Shown piece by piece: positions 36,946 to 49,200 of a stretch of 64,000 nucleotides of DNA (within the stretch, counting starts at the first letter, position 1; each line of letters begins with the position of its first letter). Origin of the DNA: the human T2T-CHM13v2.0 reference genome, Homo sapiens. The DNA lies in assembly GCA_009914755.4 (NCBI GenBank), contig CP068257.2, forward strand, positions 36,992,001 through 37,056,000, in the 5' to 3' direction. The translations under genes and the position numbers were made by a program. The notes under the pieces were generated by a model that was not told where the DNA came from, searched no databases, and saw only the letters and a program-made list of their open reading frames with translations.

Positions 36946-37767
36946 TTTTAAAAATTTTAAACCCTTAAAAATAAGTAAATAATAAATTCCTACACTGTTG
37001 TACAGTTAACGGCCCCAATTACTAAGCTCAAAGGGAATTACCCAGAAAAGGCAAGAAAAACCTAAGTGTGAACTATGGCTATAGAGAAACAAATATATGG
37101 CTTGTAATATAAATAGGTTTCATATACATAAGAGTGTAGGCATACATTGCAATGTATCATCTCATCTGACCCTGCTACCAAATAAACCACAATGTGATTT
37201 TGCTACTGTGGAATCCACTGTGAAACGAGTCATATTTCAAAGAGGTATTTTTAGTGATTTTTAAGGGCAAGAATTCACAGACTTCAGATCTGGGTTCCAC
37301 GTGACCATGACAAGCACTTGGTCAGTTCTGCGGCTTGGGCTCCAAATTCAATGTGTGGATCACCACTGACTCAAACTAACTCTATCTGTAAGATGATTCA
37401 AAAGAGACAATTTGGAAAAACAGAAGGGAGGAAAGACTTGAGAAAGAGTGAGCTTTTACAACTAAACAGTATTTGCTTGAATTTAAACACCACTTAAAAC
37501 ATAGACAACAAAGACAAAAAGCATCAGTGAAAATGTATGTCCCTTTTACATTCCAAATACAGGCCCAGAAAGCAATAAGCAAAAGGCACAGCTGGGCTCT
37601 GTATAGCCGACTTGTTGATGTTTAATGCAGGTACCACTCTGATCTCAGCCCCCAGATAGAAGCATATACTCTAGTGATGGCCCAGGAAGACGTCGACCAG
37701 CACAAAGCATCACCACACTTCCCACATTCTGAGTTGGATGCAACCATTCTCTTAGAAACCTAGTCTT

Positions 37768-38104
<337 letters not shown>

Positions 38105-41100
38105 TCATGGTAACATCCTTTACCATTTAATCTCTCCTAGAAGACAGGGCATTGCCATACCATTACTCACTTGAAGATGAGAAGTGGAGGATTTGTTAGG
38201 ACTGCAGGTGATGAGGAGAGACTCAAACAGAATGTTAGATTCTGACCGATCTGCTCTGGTTTCACACACTTCTTTCCCTTCCTAAGAATCTGCTTTTCCC
38301 TTCATGTACTTTTTCCTATTTTCAGTATCACTGGGTCATTTCTAGTAACTCTGCTTAAGTGATCCTGTCAGCTACAGGGCGTGGGTGGGTTATTCAGCTC
38401 TGCCTCACAGAACACTCACCCTCCATCTCTGAGTCAGTTGCCTTTTAATGGAAATACTATTCGCTGATCATGTTCATACCGGCCCAGTTTTGTTTCTCTT
38501 GACAATGGCCCAGGTGTTTTTCTCTTCTGATTGAGTTTTGGGGTAAGCTCAGCATCTTTGTTGTTGTTGTTTGTTTTATTACATTTCCATTTTTACTGGA
38601 GGGGAAAGATCAGAGTCAATGTGATCCAGCTGCTGCACGTCAGTCCCGCCACATGACCTGCACTGTTACATCCAAAGCGTGCAGGGAAAAGGCTGCGTGC
38701 TCAGGTCCAGAAGTTCATAAAGGCAGCCTCTCCCATCAGCTCACCGGTGGCTGCCAGCCTCCATGCCGCCTTGCTCTCTCTAGGCTACTGGTTTTTGCAA
38801 CCTTCTGCTTTTGTCCACTCATAACTTTGATAAGTACCGTGTCACCTTCTCATACGTGGAAAACATGTGGTCAGCGATTCGGCATGTTTAATGGTGCTTG
38901 AACAATACAAAGGGGAGCTGTCATCCATCTTTTGTTTTCTCATTATCAGTTTTCAGGCCACGTTCTAAACAAGGACGACAACCAACAGAACATCATTCCC
39001 TGGTGTCCCAGTCCTTGCTTACTTTGAATCTCCTCACCACCTTCAGTCCTTTCTAAGGTCACGTACGGGCATCCACCGTCTTTTTTCCTAAACAGAATAC
39101 TTTGCAAAGTCAAGTATTGGCATTTCGTATTTAAGCCATGCATCCTCAAGGAGGCTAAAATTAGTTCTTGAAGGATGAAAAAAGTCTTATTCCTTTTCTG
39201 TATAAAGCACAGATATACCTAAATGTAGACATACGTATATGTATAATGCAAAGTACTAAAACAGTATATCTGTGGTATTAAATTTTCATGTGAGGAGGGA
39301 CAATTAGGAAAAAAAATCAGAAAATGCTTTTTAGGAGGTTGATCATGAAAACAGGAGGTTGGTCATGAAAAAAAAGGTTGAAAAACACTAATTTAAGCCT
39401 AAATGTAACTACATTACAAAATGTCACTACTTCTTGCTGGTTTTGGCACCAGTGCCTCAGGTGACACAGAAATACTAAGTTTTCTTTTATTCTGATATGC
39501 TTAAGGTATCCCCAAAATGATTTCTCTAAGTTGGGAATTGAAAGGGTTATGTTACACTCATTCACTCTTTAACAAGTCATATACACGTCACCTCCTATTT
39601 TAGAAGCCAATGGGTATTAAAGCACAAGAAATAAAACCACTGAAAAAGCAAAAAATAAAAAGGAAAGAAATAAAGACTCGGCACTCTGACACAGATGAAG
39701 CAGATGATTATGTTTATTTAAAACAGCAACTTATTTTTTAATGTCTATGAACTAAAGATTTCTCAGGACATCTTATTTCATGTTAAGTGTCCAATGCAGC
39801 AATCTTTGCCTTGCAAAGCCCATTACAAATAGGCTTGTGCATTCCAGAAAGGAAGCATGCATTTAACTTTCCCAAATATGTAATATGCAATTCTTTTTTT
39901 TAAATTTTTTACTTGCTTGGAGCAAAGACTGAAAGCAAGTATTTAATCTCGCTTCCTTTGCCAGTGCAAACGTAACTAATTCTGATCCTCATTTCCATTT
40001 CTTCCTTAATCTTTTTAAATCAGGGTTGGGCCAGCATTTATTCCCAACCTTTTGGAGAAGTAGCCTGTATTTCAAATGGGGCCGCGATGCTACCGCATGT
40101 TGTCCTGACCAGTGCCGTCCTGATCCTTGCTGGAGAAAGAAATGGAGGCATTTTACTCACAATCACAGAGCTTACGTATGCCAGCATTACAGAATGCAAA
40201 AAATAACTTTGCAACAATCTGAAAGGGTAATTTATGGAGCGTGGACAGTAAATGGGGTATGTTTTCTGTCCTGAAAATCCCAGATGAGGGCAGGCTTATG
40301 AATAATTTTCAAAAATCAGGAAGTCTGTGGAAATCCCTACTGTCTTATAAAGATTGCACCGTGCTCATCGCATCTCCCACGGCCTCTGCCTCCTCCTCCA
40401 CCTCCTCCGAGGTTCCTTGGTCCTGACTCCTAATGGCAAGGGCCAAAGAACACAGGCACCTGCCTCCAGCAAATCCACTCCGATTCCCCCTCATTCCCAG
40501 ACACAAATTTCCATGAAAACCAGACAGAGGACAGAAAGCAGGGGCAGGATATTCCAAAAGCACTTCAGATCTGCAGCCTGATTTCATTGGACTCGCTGGC
40601 TTGTTTCTTTTAGTCCCTGGGTGTGTTGACTGCAGGAGAAACCTCACTAACGACGACACTTCAGAACTGTGAGTCCAAACACTTAAGGAAGGACGTGCCC
40701 AGGAGGAAGGTCTAGAAGCTCAGAGACAGTGAGGAAGGGGCATTGCTCAGCGATGCTTAGATGCCTTCATGAGCTGACTCTACTGGGAGTCACTTGTCAT
40801 GCCCCTGAATCCACCCACACATCTCTATAACATATGAAAACTGTTCAGCCCAAAGGAAAAAATAAACTCGATGGTTCTCATTAATCCAAGTTTAACTAAA
40901 CACAACAGTTTCCAAGAGTACATTTCAGCCATTTCGTACCCGCAGATACCCAACCTGAGAAGCTGATGGGAAACGGCTGTTTTGGCATCACCGAGGGCTG
41001 CGGCAGGCAGCACCCAGGGGGCTTCTGTCTCCCCTGTGGCGCTGCAGCTGAGAGCCACACCCATGAGCTGATGACGTAGCGTTTCTCTCAAAGGTCTCCC

Positions 41101-42125
41101 TTGATGATGTGGCAAACTGCAAGGACCAAGCACAGAGGCACCTGGACACCAACCCTTCCCTGCGAGCCACATGGCCAGTCAAACGTTCTGGTTACCGGGG
41201 ATGACACGCTTTTTCCGACAAGATTTTAAGCACTTGTGGCTTACATCAATGTGGTCTCGTATTCATTGTGTGTTTAGACCACTTGCCTCGCACGTTCTCA
41301 TATTTACACATGTTCACTGAACGTAACCTCAAGTGAATTATTTAAGAAGCCTTAATGTGCTTCAGACTGCTCAAATATAATTTAGACTTTAAATTAAATT
41401 TGTACTCTGATACGAAACTGCAATGCTTGAATGCAGCTTACGGCATCAAGTGGACATGCAGGAGGCCTTGGAATAGAATTTCAGTTACCCCTAAAGGGCT
41501 CACACCTAGTGGCCCACGTTCCTTATAGGACGAAACAAGATTCAACTACAAAATCCAACTCATTGCCTACGTTTGAAAGCTGGGGAGCCTGCAGTACACA
41601 AGATAAAGTCTTGCTTCTCCATTTGTCCTTACGTGACCCTACAATGAAGCATCGCTACACACCAGAGACGTATAATGCTAGACGCGAGAACACACAGCCA
41701 TGCTCCTTGGTCAGAGGTTTTGGGTATGGTTGGGTGTTTTAATAAACCACAATATTCCTTCTCCTTCACTGTTTGGTTACCAATAATTGTGCTGCCTTAG
41801 GTGTAAAATTCAATATGGTGATTAGAGTCTAGAGAAGCCACACTTATTTTATTTAGCAGTTTTTGTTTTATTTTTACAGTAAGCACTGCCCACTGGGAAA
41901 AATAAACCAAAATAAAAAGAGTGAAATTCCCTTATTATGCACTAGCGATAATGAAAACAAACTTATCTACAAAGAACCACAGACGAGAAATTTGCCTAGA
42001 GACCAGCTACTGGAACTAAAAACAAATTTCTTATTCAGGAAAATGTGAATGAGTAAGAATCTGCTAGTGAAGTTTCTTACTTTGCACAAAAAATTAAATG
42101 AAATCTTAACTTTAAGAGTAGCATA

Positions 42126-42431
<306 letters not shown>

Positions 42432-43139
42432 GAGTGGCATAGTTAAAAGGGTAGAAGGTTACTCAATGACGCATCACGTATAGTACACATATAGCACACT
42501 GATAATAACAAATGGCATGTAAGCACTGTGGATTGACTTCAGAAGACTTTTCCATAAGCTTCAGTATCACAAACGAAGGGAAAAGCCTGTGTTATGTGCA
42601 ACCTGTCATGATCAAATAGTGTGAATATGTCCTTGTAAAGGTTAATTCTATAGCAATACATTTAGTTGATGTGCTTTCTTCCTCTGGGATTCTAGCACTT
42701 TAAGAATGCCGTTCTTCAAAATAATCAATTGTATTATTCTCAAGAAACATGCAAAATAAGAAATTTGTCATCAAGCTGGAATTATCTTTAAATAGAGGAT
42801 ATTCAAATAGCATTTTTATGCCTGGAGTTGTCGCAGCATGATTCCGGCAAAAGCCGCACTATTTGTTAGCTGGCACACAGAGTTTTGGCCTGAAATTCAG
42901 TATTTTATTTTACCCTTTAAAAGCATGAAGTGACTCAACAGGAAATTATACATACATTTTTCCCTCCAATGTAAAAACTGCAGATCTAGTACCGAACATG
43001 TCACGCTGGCATTCAATTTTCTATTGCTATCATATCTGGTTCCTTAGTGACATAAGGTCACAAAACTTCTACTCCTGTGGCCAAGAGACATAATAGATGT
43101 TGCGGTTGCTCATTATATTAAATTTGAATTCCTAAGCTA

Positions 43140-43420
43140 AACATTCTAGACCTGCACTATTCGGCATGGTGGCCACTAGCCACATGTGACTATGGAGCCC
43201 TTGAAATGTGACCAGCCCAGATGGAGACGTGCTGTAAATATACACTACACAATGGATTTTGAAGATTTCATATAGAGAAAAAATAAAGTCAAATATCTCA
43301 TCCATATTTTACACTGATTACATTTGAAATGGTAGTATTTTCAGCATGTGTTACATAAATTACATTATTAAAATTAATTCCACCTGTCCCTGTCTTTTTT
43401 AATTTGGCTACTGGAAGATT
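43140..43420. repeat. Unclassified interspersed-repeat remnant (MER-like) carrying the 'ggtggccactagccacatgtgactat' motif
   Basis: 'ctgcactattcggcatggtggccactagccacatgtgactatggagcccttgaaatgtgaccagcccagatgg...' resembles a widespread medium-reiteration repeat family ('...tatggtagccactagccacatgtggctatttaaat...'). I cannot name the family from memory. Confidence 0.3.
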
Positions 43421-44664
43421 TAAAACTACCCTTGAAGTTCATGTTCTATTTCCTTTGCCCAGCACTGCCAGGACCTTACACGGACTCTGCCTCCACGTCA
43501 CTCGCTCCCTTCCGGTCACTTCCATAACAGGCCCGCCACTCTGACCAAGATAACTACACACAGCAGAGTCCCATGGGTGGATCTCAGCATCCGCCTGCCT
43601 GGTTCTGATGCTGCCCTGGTTCCCACTACTGTGTGACTCCAGGCAAGGTGCTCAGCACTCCTGAGCCTCACTGCTATTCTGGAAAATGAGGACAATTAGA
43701 GCACCTCCTGCAAAGAGCCACAGTGAAGACAGTCCTGGCAAAGTGTCTCCTGTGGCTATACCATCTGGTGAGTGAATGTCACCTGCCACCTTCCACAACA
43801 TCACACCTCTCCCTTCCCTTATGTAAGACTGCTTTCTTCCCTACCTCTTAACTTTACACCTGAGATATTGAAGTAGGTGTCTGGTCTGATCCCTCCAACA
43901 CTCCAGAGGATTTGGTCAGTTTCCACACTGTGTGACCCACTCCCAGGTAACACTTCCACCCTCCAAACACACCAGCAGGCCTGACTCCTCCACCCTCCCG
44001 CCCACTGCTATCTCTACCATTCCCGCCAATCCAGATCCAACACGCCATGGCACAGCTCAAGGGCCTCAGCCTCCGGGTAGCATGCTCTGATCCTCTGATC
44101 TTCCTATGGAATGGTGTAGATTGCTTTTGGATTGCATGATTCTATTTTATGTTATTTATACTCTACCTTGTTCCCAAAAAGGGACTCAAAGTGGTCTACA
44201 AGGATATATGCAATATGACAAGGTTGTTTAAAATTCAGAAGCAAAATAAAAAATAAAGATGATGCTAAAGGGAAACAAGGGTAAGAACATAAACTCGAGC
44301 TAGGAATGCAATGGCCCGCCAGGCAGGCCTCAGGGTCTCACATATCTGCTGGAGTTGGGTCATTCACACGTCTCCAAATAATGAAATCCAACCAAATGCT
44401 CAGACAATGACTCCTGATGCTAAGGCTAAAAATGAAATCCTCCAATGATTCCATAAGAAAGAAGGACCTGTGTGATAGCAAGCATGCCCAAGAACGGCCC
44501 TACAGCAAACCCAGTGTATTGCACGAGGCTGTCTCCCTGCTCGGGAACATCTCCTCCATTGCCATACAGTCTAGAGCCCTGTTCACTGCCATGCTGGCCC
44601 AGTTGAACCAGGTGGTCCCACTGAGGATGCCACTCTTGTTGGTGTGTGAACTCATCTCCTTCGA

Positions 44665-44965
44665 GATTTCATGATGCGCACATTCACCCCCGTTCTAGAT
44701 TTCATGACACAAGCATTCACCCCTTTTCTAGATTCTATGGCAAGTATGTTCACCCACTTTCCAGATTGCACGGCATTCGCATTCACCGCCTAGATTCTAG
44801 ATTCCACGGCATGCACATTCGCCCACTTTCTAGATTCCACGATGTGAATGTTCCCCTCCTTTCTAGACTCTGTGGTGTGAATGTCTGCCCCAATTCCATG
44901 GCATTCTTGCTCACCTCCCTTTCTAGATTCCATAGCATGCGGATTCATCCTCTTTCTGGATTTTG
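44665..44965. repeat. Minisatellite: about 9 tandem copies of a ~33-bp unit ('ttctagattccatggcatgcacattcaccc...' type)
   Basis: The successive units are 'tcatgatgcgcacattcacccccgttctagatt', 'tcatgacacaagcattcaccccttttctagatt', 'ctatggcaagtatgttcacccactttccagatt', 'gcacggcattcgcattcaccgcctagattctagatt', 'ccacggcatgcacattcgcccactttctagatt', 'ccacgatgtgaatgttcccctcctttctagact' and so on. The ORF 44646..45083 (repeating 'SRFH..IHPLSRFH' peptide) is its in-frame translation. Confidence 0.9.
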
Positions 44966-45947
44966 CCTCCCTGAAGGCACTGTGCAAGTCTTCTGCATAG
45001 TGTCTTGCATGAAGTCTTACACAGAACATAAGGCAAAAACATGGACTAAATGGACAGCTTGCCTTCCACCATACAGTCTGTAGCTTCTAGCCTCCGTTCC
45101 TTTGCACGTGCCTTTCCCAGGATCCGGAGCACCCCCTCTGTGGATGGAGTCCTGTATCTTCTCACCTTGAGTCAAATCTGACTGCCCGCTGATCTCTGCC
45201 TACTCAGCATTCCCTGAATTCTCAGGCATTCCACTTGTCCTGTATTAATTTCCACCTGTAGGTATTTATCCTAAGGACACCGCATTTAGAGTGTCCTTGC
45301 AAGAGGGGATGCTCCTCTCTTCAGCTAAACTTAGCTATTTAAAGTAAAAAGGGTGGTAGTTTTGTTTACCTGTTAACACAACTCATGGAAGAGAGAAAAA
45401 TTCAAGCATGCCACTAATTGCTGCAGTCAGACAGACAGGTGGATAGGCGGGCTCCATAGCGGAATGTTCTGGCTTCTCCCACTAAATTTGCAGTTGTTCG
45501 TCTAATCTCTAGACGTGTCCCGTGTCTTAACAGTCCCTGTATGACTTATGCTCCCACCTCTTGTTTGGGACAGTGCTCTCATTTAATAGATGCTCAATAT
45601 ATTTTAATTAAGAAATGTATTTTCACGTTGCTTAAGACCCATAAAGAACAATTAATACAATGTAATGCTTAATTTTGCAAAGAAAAAGTTTATATTGATG
45701 CTAAATGCATTTACAAATGTGCTCGTAATGTACAAACAAATACAGCCCTTACTGTGGGTTACACATACTTATGAAATGATTTTATTGACTTACCTTTGGT
45801 TTTACAATTTGGCTATGGGGTACTTAGAAGAAACTGCCCTTGTGGGACATTCTGTCTAATCACTTATATTTACAAGCCTTAGAAAACTGTAAAAATATAT
45901 TCAGTTTCATTAAGAGATATTCGATCTTCAGAACTGATACTATTTCA

Positions 45948-46261
<314 letters not shown>

Positions 46262-49200
46262 ATAAAATCCTTTTACTTTGATACCTCAAGTAGTAATCAA
46301 TAATATCCCTCTCTGTTCTAATGGCAGGGCCTTTAGGTAAGGTTTCAGAATTTGGGATAAATACTAATAATATGCTGATCTAACATCTCTTCTCCAGAAG
46401 ACTCCCTAGATTTGATTTTTACTGTCATTATTTCTATTTTAAAACTCTGTAGTGAAGTAAGTTTTACTGTCGGGGTCAAATAGACTAGAAAGTACTTTTC
46501 AATACTGAAGAAGCAAATTTTTCCTCCACTTTTGCTTATTCTGTCCTCTTGCTGCTGTATCTTGAACTGCAGAAAAAGCAAGCCTTGCACAAGGCAAGTT
46601 TAAACTTTGTGCAATTATAGACCCAGATTTGTAAATCTGGCAGCAGGCTCACATCAGCTTTGTGAGGTTGGGTATAATTTTAATGAGAATCCATTCAACA
46701 TATGAAATCTTAGAATGTTTCTCAATTAGCACTTGGTTTCTTTTCAAAATGTTTTTACCTCATTTCCTAATAAAAGAAATCTCAGCTTTCTGATACATTT
46801 AATTAAAAAGTTTTATGTTGAGATTGTAAATGTGAGTGGTTTCTGTTTCAAAACATTTCATTTTGCTAGTACATCCTTCACTTATTATTTATACTCTGCT
46901 TAGATCTCTGCATTTCCCATGCAAAAATCCTGAAATGCACCTTCTTCAGTGCTGAGGTCTAAAGTTTCCCCTTCCTAAGTAGTGCCACAGTCACCCCCTC
47001 TTCCTCCCACAGGGCCCTCATAATAGCTTCTTTCAGTCCTTCCTCTGAACCCTGAGACCCCCGTTCACTCTCATGTCAAGCAGAATTCCAAGCCTTCATT
47101 GCACACAGAGGTGGGTCCAGGGAGGTATCCCGTGTTTCTGAAATTCCTGCTTTGCCTGTGCCTAAGCTTCCCAATTCTCCCAAGAGTCCTCATTTTAAGA
47201 ACACAATGCAATGCTAGCATTGCACTAGCATTCAGCATCTCCCACCATACATTGCAAATGGATAATTAGCTTGATTGCTAGGAGATTCACCTGCTATCCC
47301 CTCTTCTCACCCTTTAGCAATGTGTGTGGAACGCACTTGGCTCCGAACAAATTAATTGTGTGTGAGGGGTGACATCTGACTACGAACAACTAAAAAGAAC
47401 CATTTAATCAGGCCAAATTCCCTTCAGGCTTATTGAGGCTTGAGTGTGGATTTTTAAAATGTAAGCAGCACTGTCACTGTAACCATGAAACTGTCATGGT
47501 TTTAAGAAGTGAAGTTTTGGGGGACAACAACATGACCAACAGACTCTACCTCAGCATCCAGTTCCCAGATTAGTTAATACAAACTTGGGCCCCACTTTTC
47601 AACAGAAGCACAGCTCTAAGTAAAGGCTGGTACCCAGCTCTGCCCCCTCAAATTATTTGGTGAACAGGCCAAATGGGAGGAATTGCAGGTAGTACTGCAG
47701 AATCTGCCTGCCTTGGAAAACAGGCTTTCCATGAAATACAGTTTTAAGGTCCCCAGAGGCCAGGGCTCTCTCCCTCCCCTACTCTTCACTGCGCCCCCCG
47801 CCAACCCACACGTGATGAGAAACCACTGCCCCTGCAGAGGCCCCAGCAGCAGGCAAGGGTCTGTGGAAGAAAGAGAGGAATATTACAAAGGGGTTTCTGG
47901 CTGGAGGGGGGTTCCAGGGAGGGCAGAGAGGTTCAGGCTCCAAAGCTGGCAGCAGTCCCTACAGATGGAAAGCTCCAGTGACAGGACCCATGAAAGGACA
48001 CTGCAGAGCTTGTCCCATGTCATTGGGCCATCGAGACATCAAGGGCTGCCTGGATTTCAGGAACTCACATCTGTAGACCAAGAAGGAACAGCACGTTCCC
48101 ATTGCCAATTTCAATCAATTTATTAAACTAAGGCAATAGGTAAGTAACAGATTTACTAAGATATTGGGATTCTCTTACTGTCCATCTTAGTTCAGATGGA
48201 GATTCACAACACCAGCTAATCTGATTCCAGGATGCAGCTTCTGACGGTGCACAAGCTAATATTTCCTCAAGATAGTCACACAAACCTCCCTGCCAGGCGT
48301 GCAGAAAAATGTGCACGCTCCAATTTAGTCTTTCTTTTACTTTCCAACTTTAAGTACTTTAGTGAGCCCCAAGAATGCATAGCCACTCTTTCCACCCAGT
48401 TAGAGAGAAAATTAATCTTTCTACCAATAACAGAGAATCACTTAATGGAAATAGGACGATAGTACTTCACTAAATAAGGCTTCGCTCCTTTGCTCCCCTA
48501 CTCTCAAAACTGAGGTTCAAATGCATTTCTACACTTTCAAATGAACATGTGGGAACTTTTGCTGAATGCTGACATCAAGTGAAAATAAGGGTTTCCTATT
48601 TTTTAAAAGTCATTCTATATATGCCTGTTTTCTTTCCTATTTCCTAGAGAGACAGCTTTTCCACCCCGAGTATGTTTTGCAGGGGTAATAATTACTGCAA
48701 TAATGTTATCCTTAAAAGGGAGCACATATAAGACAAAAGCAGGTATAAAAATTTCATTCCCACTAAAACAATTCAAAATCATAGGTTAGGCTTTAAAAGG
48801 AAGCAACTACAAATCTAGGTTTTAAAAACCTTTAGACACACTAAAGATTTGTCCCAGATCACATCTGATGTCTATTTCTCTGGGATAATAACAAAAAAAA
48901 GAGGTGATAAATTAATTCAAATGGCCTATTTTACACACTTGAAGGATATTTCCATTGTCTCATATAGCCATTCTGAATAGGACAGAGTCACATAATGAAA
49001 CTTCCTTTGCACATTCTCCTGAACACGCACTGAGTCAAGATAGCCAAACCCCTTACTTTCATTGTAAAATTACTGTTTCTCATACGCAATCAGGGTCTCC
49101 CAGATTATGACATGCGACCCTAAAAATAGGAGAACTTAAAAGTTAGTTTAAATCTAAAACTTAGATCCAGCGCTCCATTTTTAGATGCACCCTTTAATTT

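Noticed and set aside
41040-41720. Possible NUMT or foreign (viral/processed) insertion explaining the CpG-retaining block
   Set aside because: I could not recognise any mitochondrial gene, tRNA cloverleaf or rRNA stretch, nor any long ORF, poly-A tail or TSD bounding the block. The anomaly is reported as a compositional finding, but the insertion hypothesis itself is unsupported.
44646-45083. 145-aa ORF with reiterated 'SRFHxxxIHPLSRFH' peptide; also considered a CRISPR-like regular array
   Set aside because: The ORF is generated by a 33-bp (11-codon) minisatellite that happens to lack stops in one frame. The units are head-to-tail with no unique spacers and the context is eukaryotic, so it is not a CRISPR array and most likely not coding. 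It is flagged as a finding only as a VNTR.
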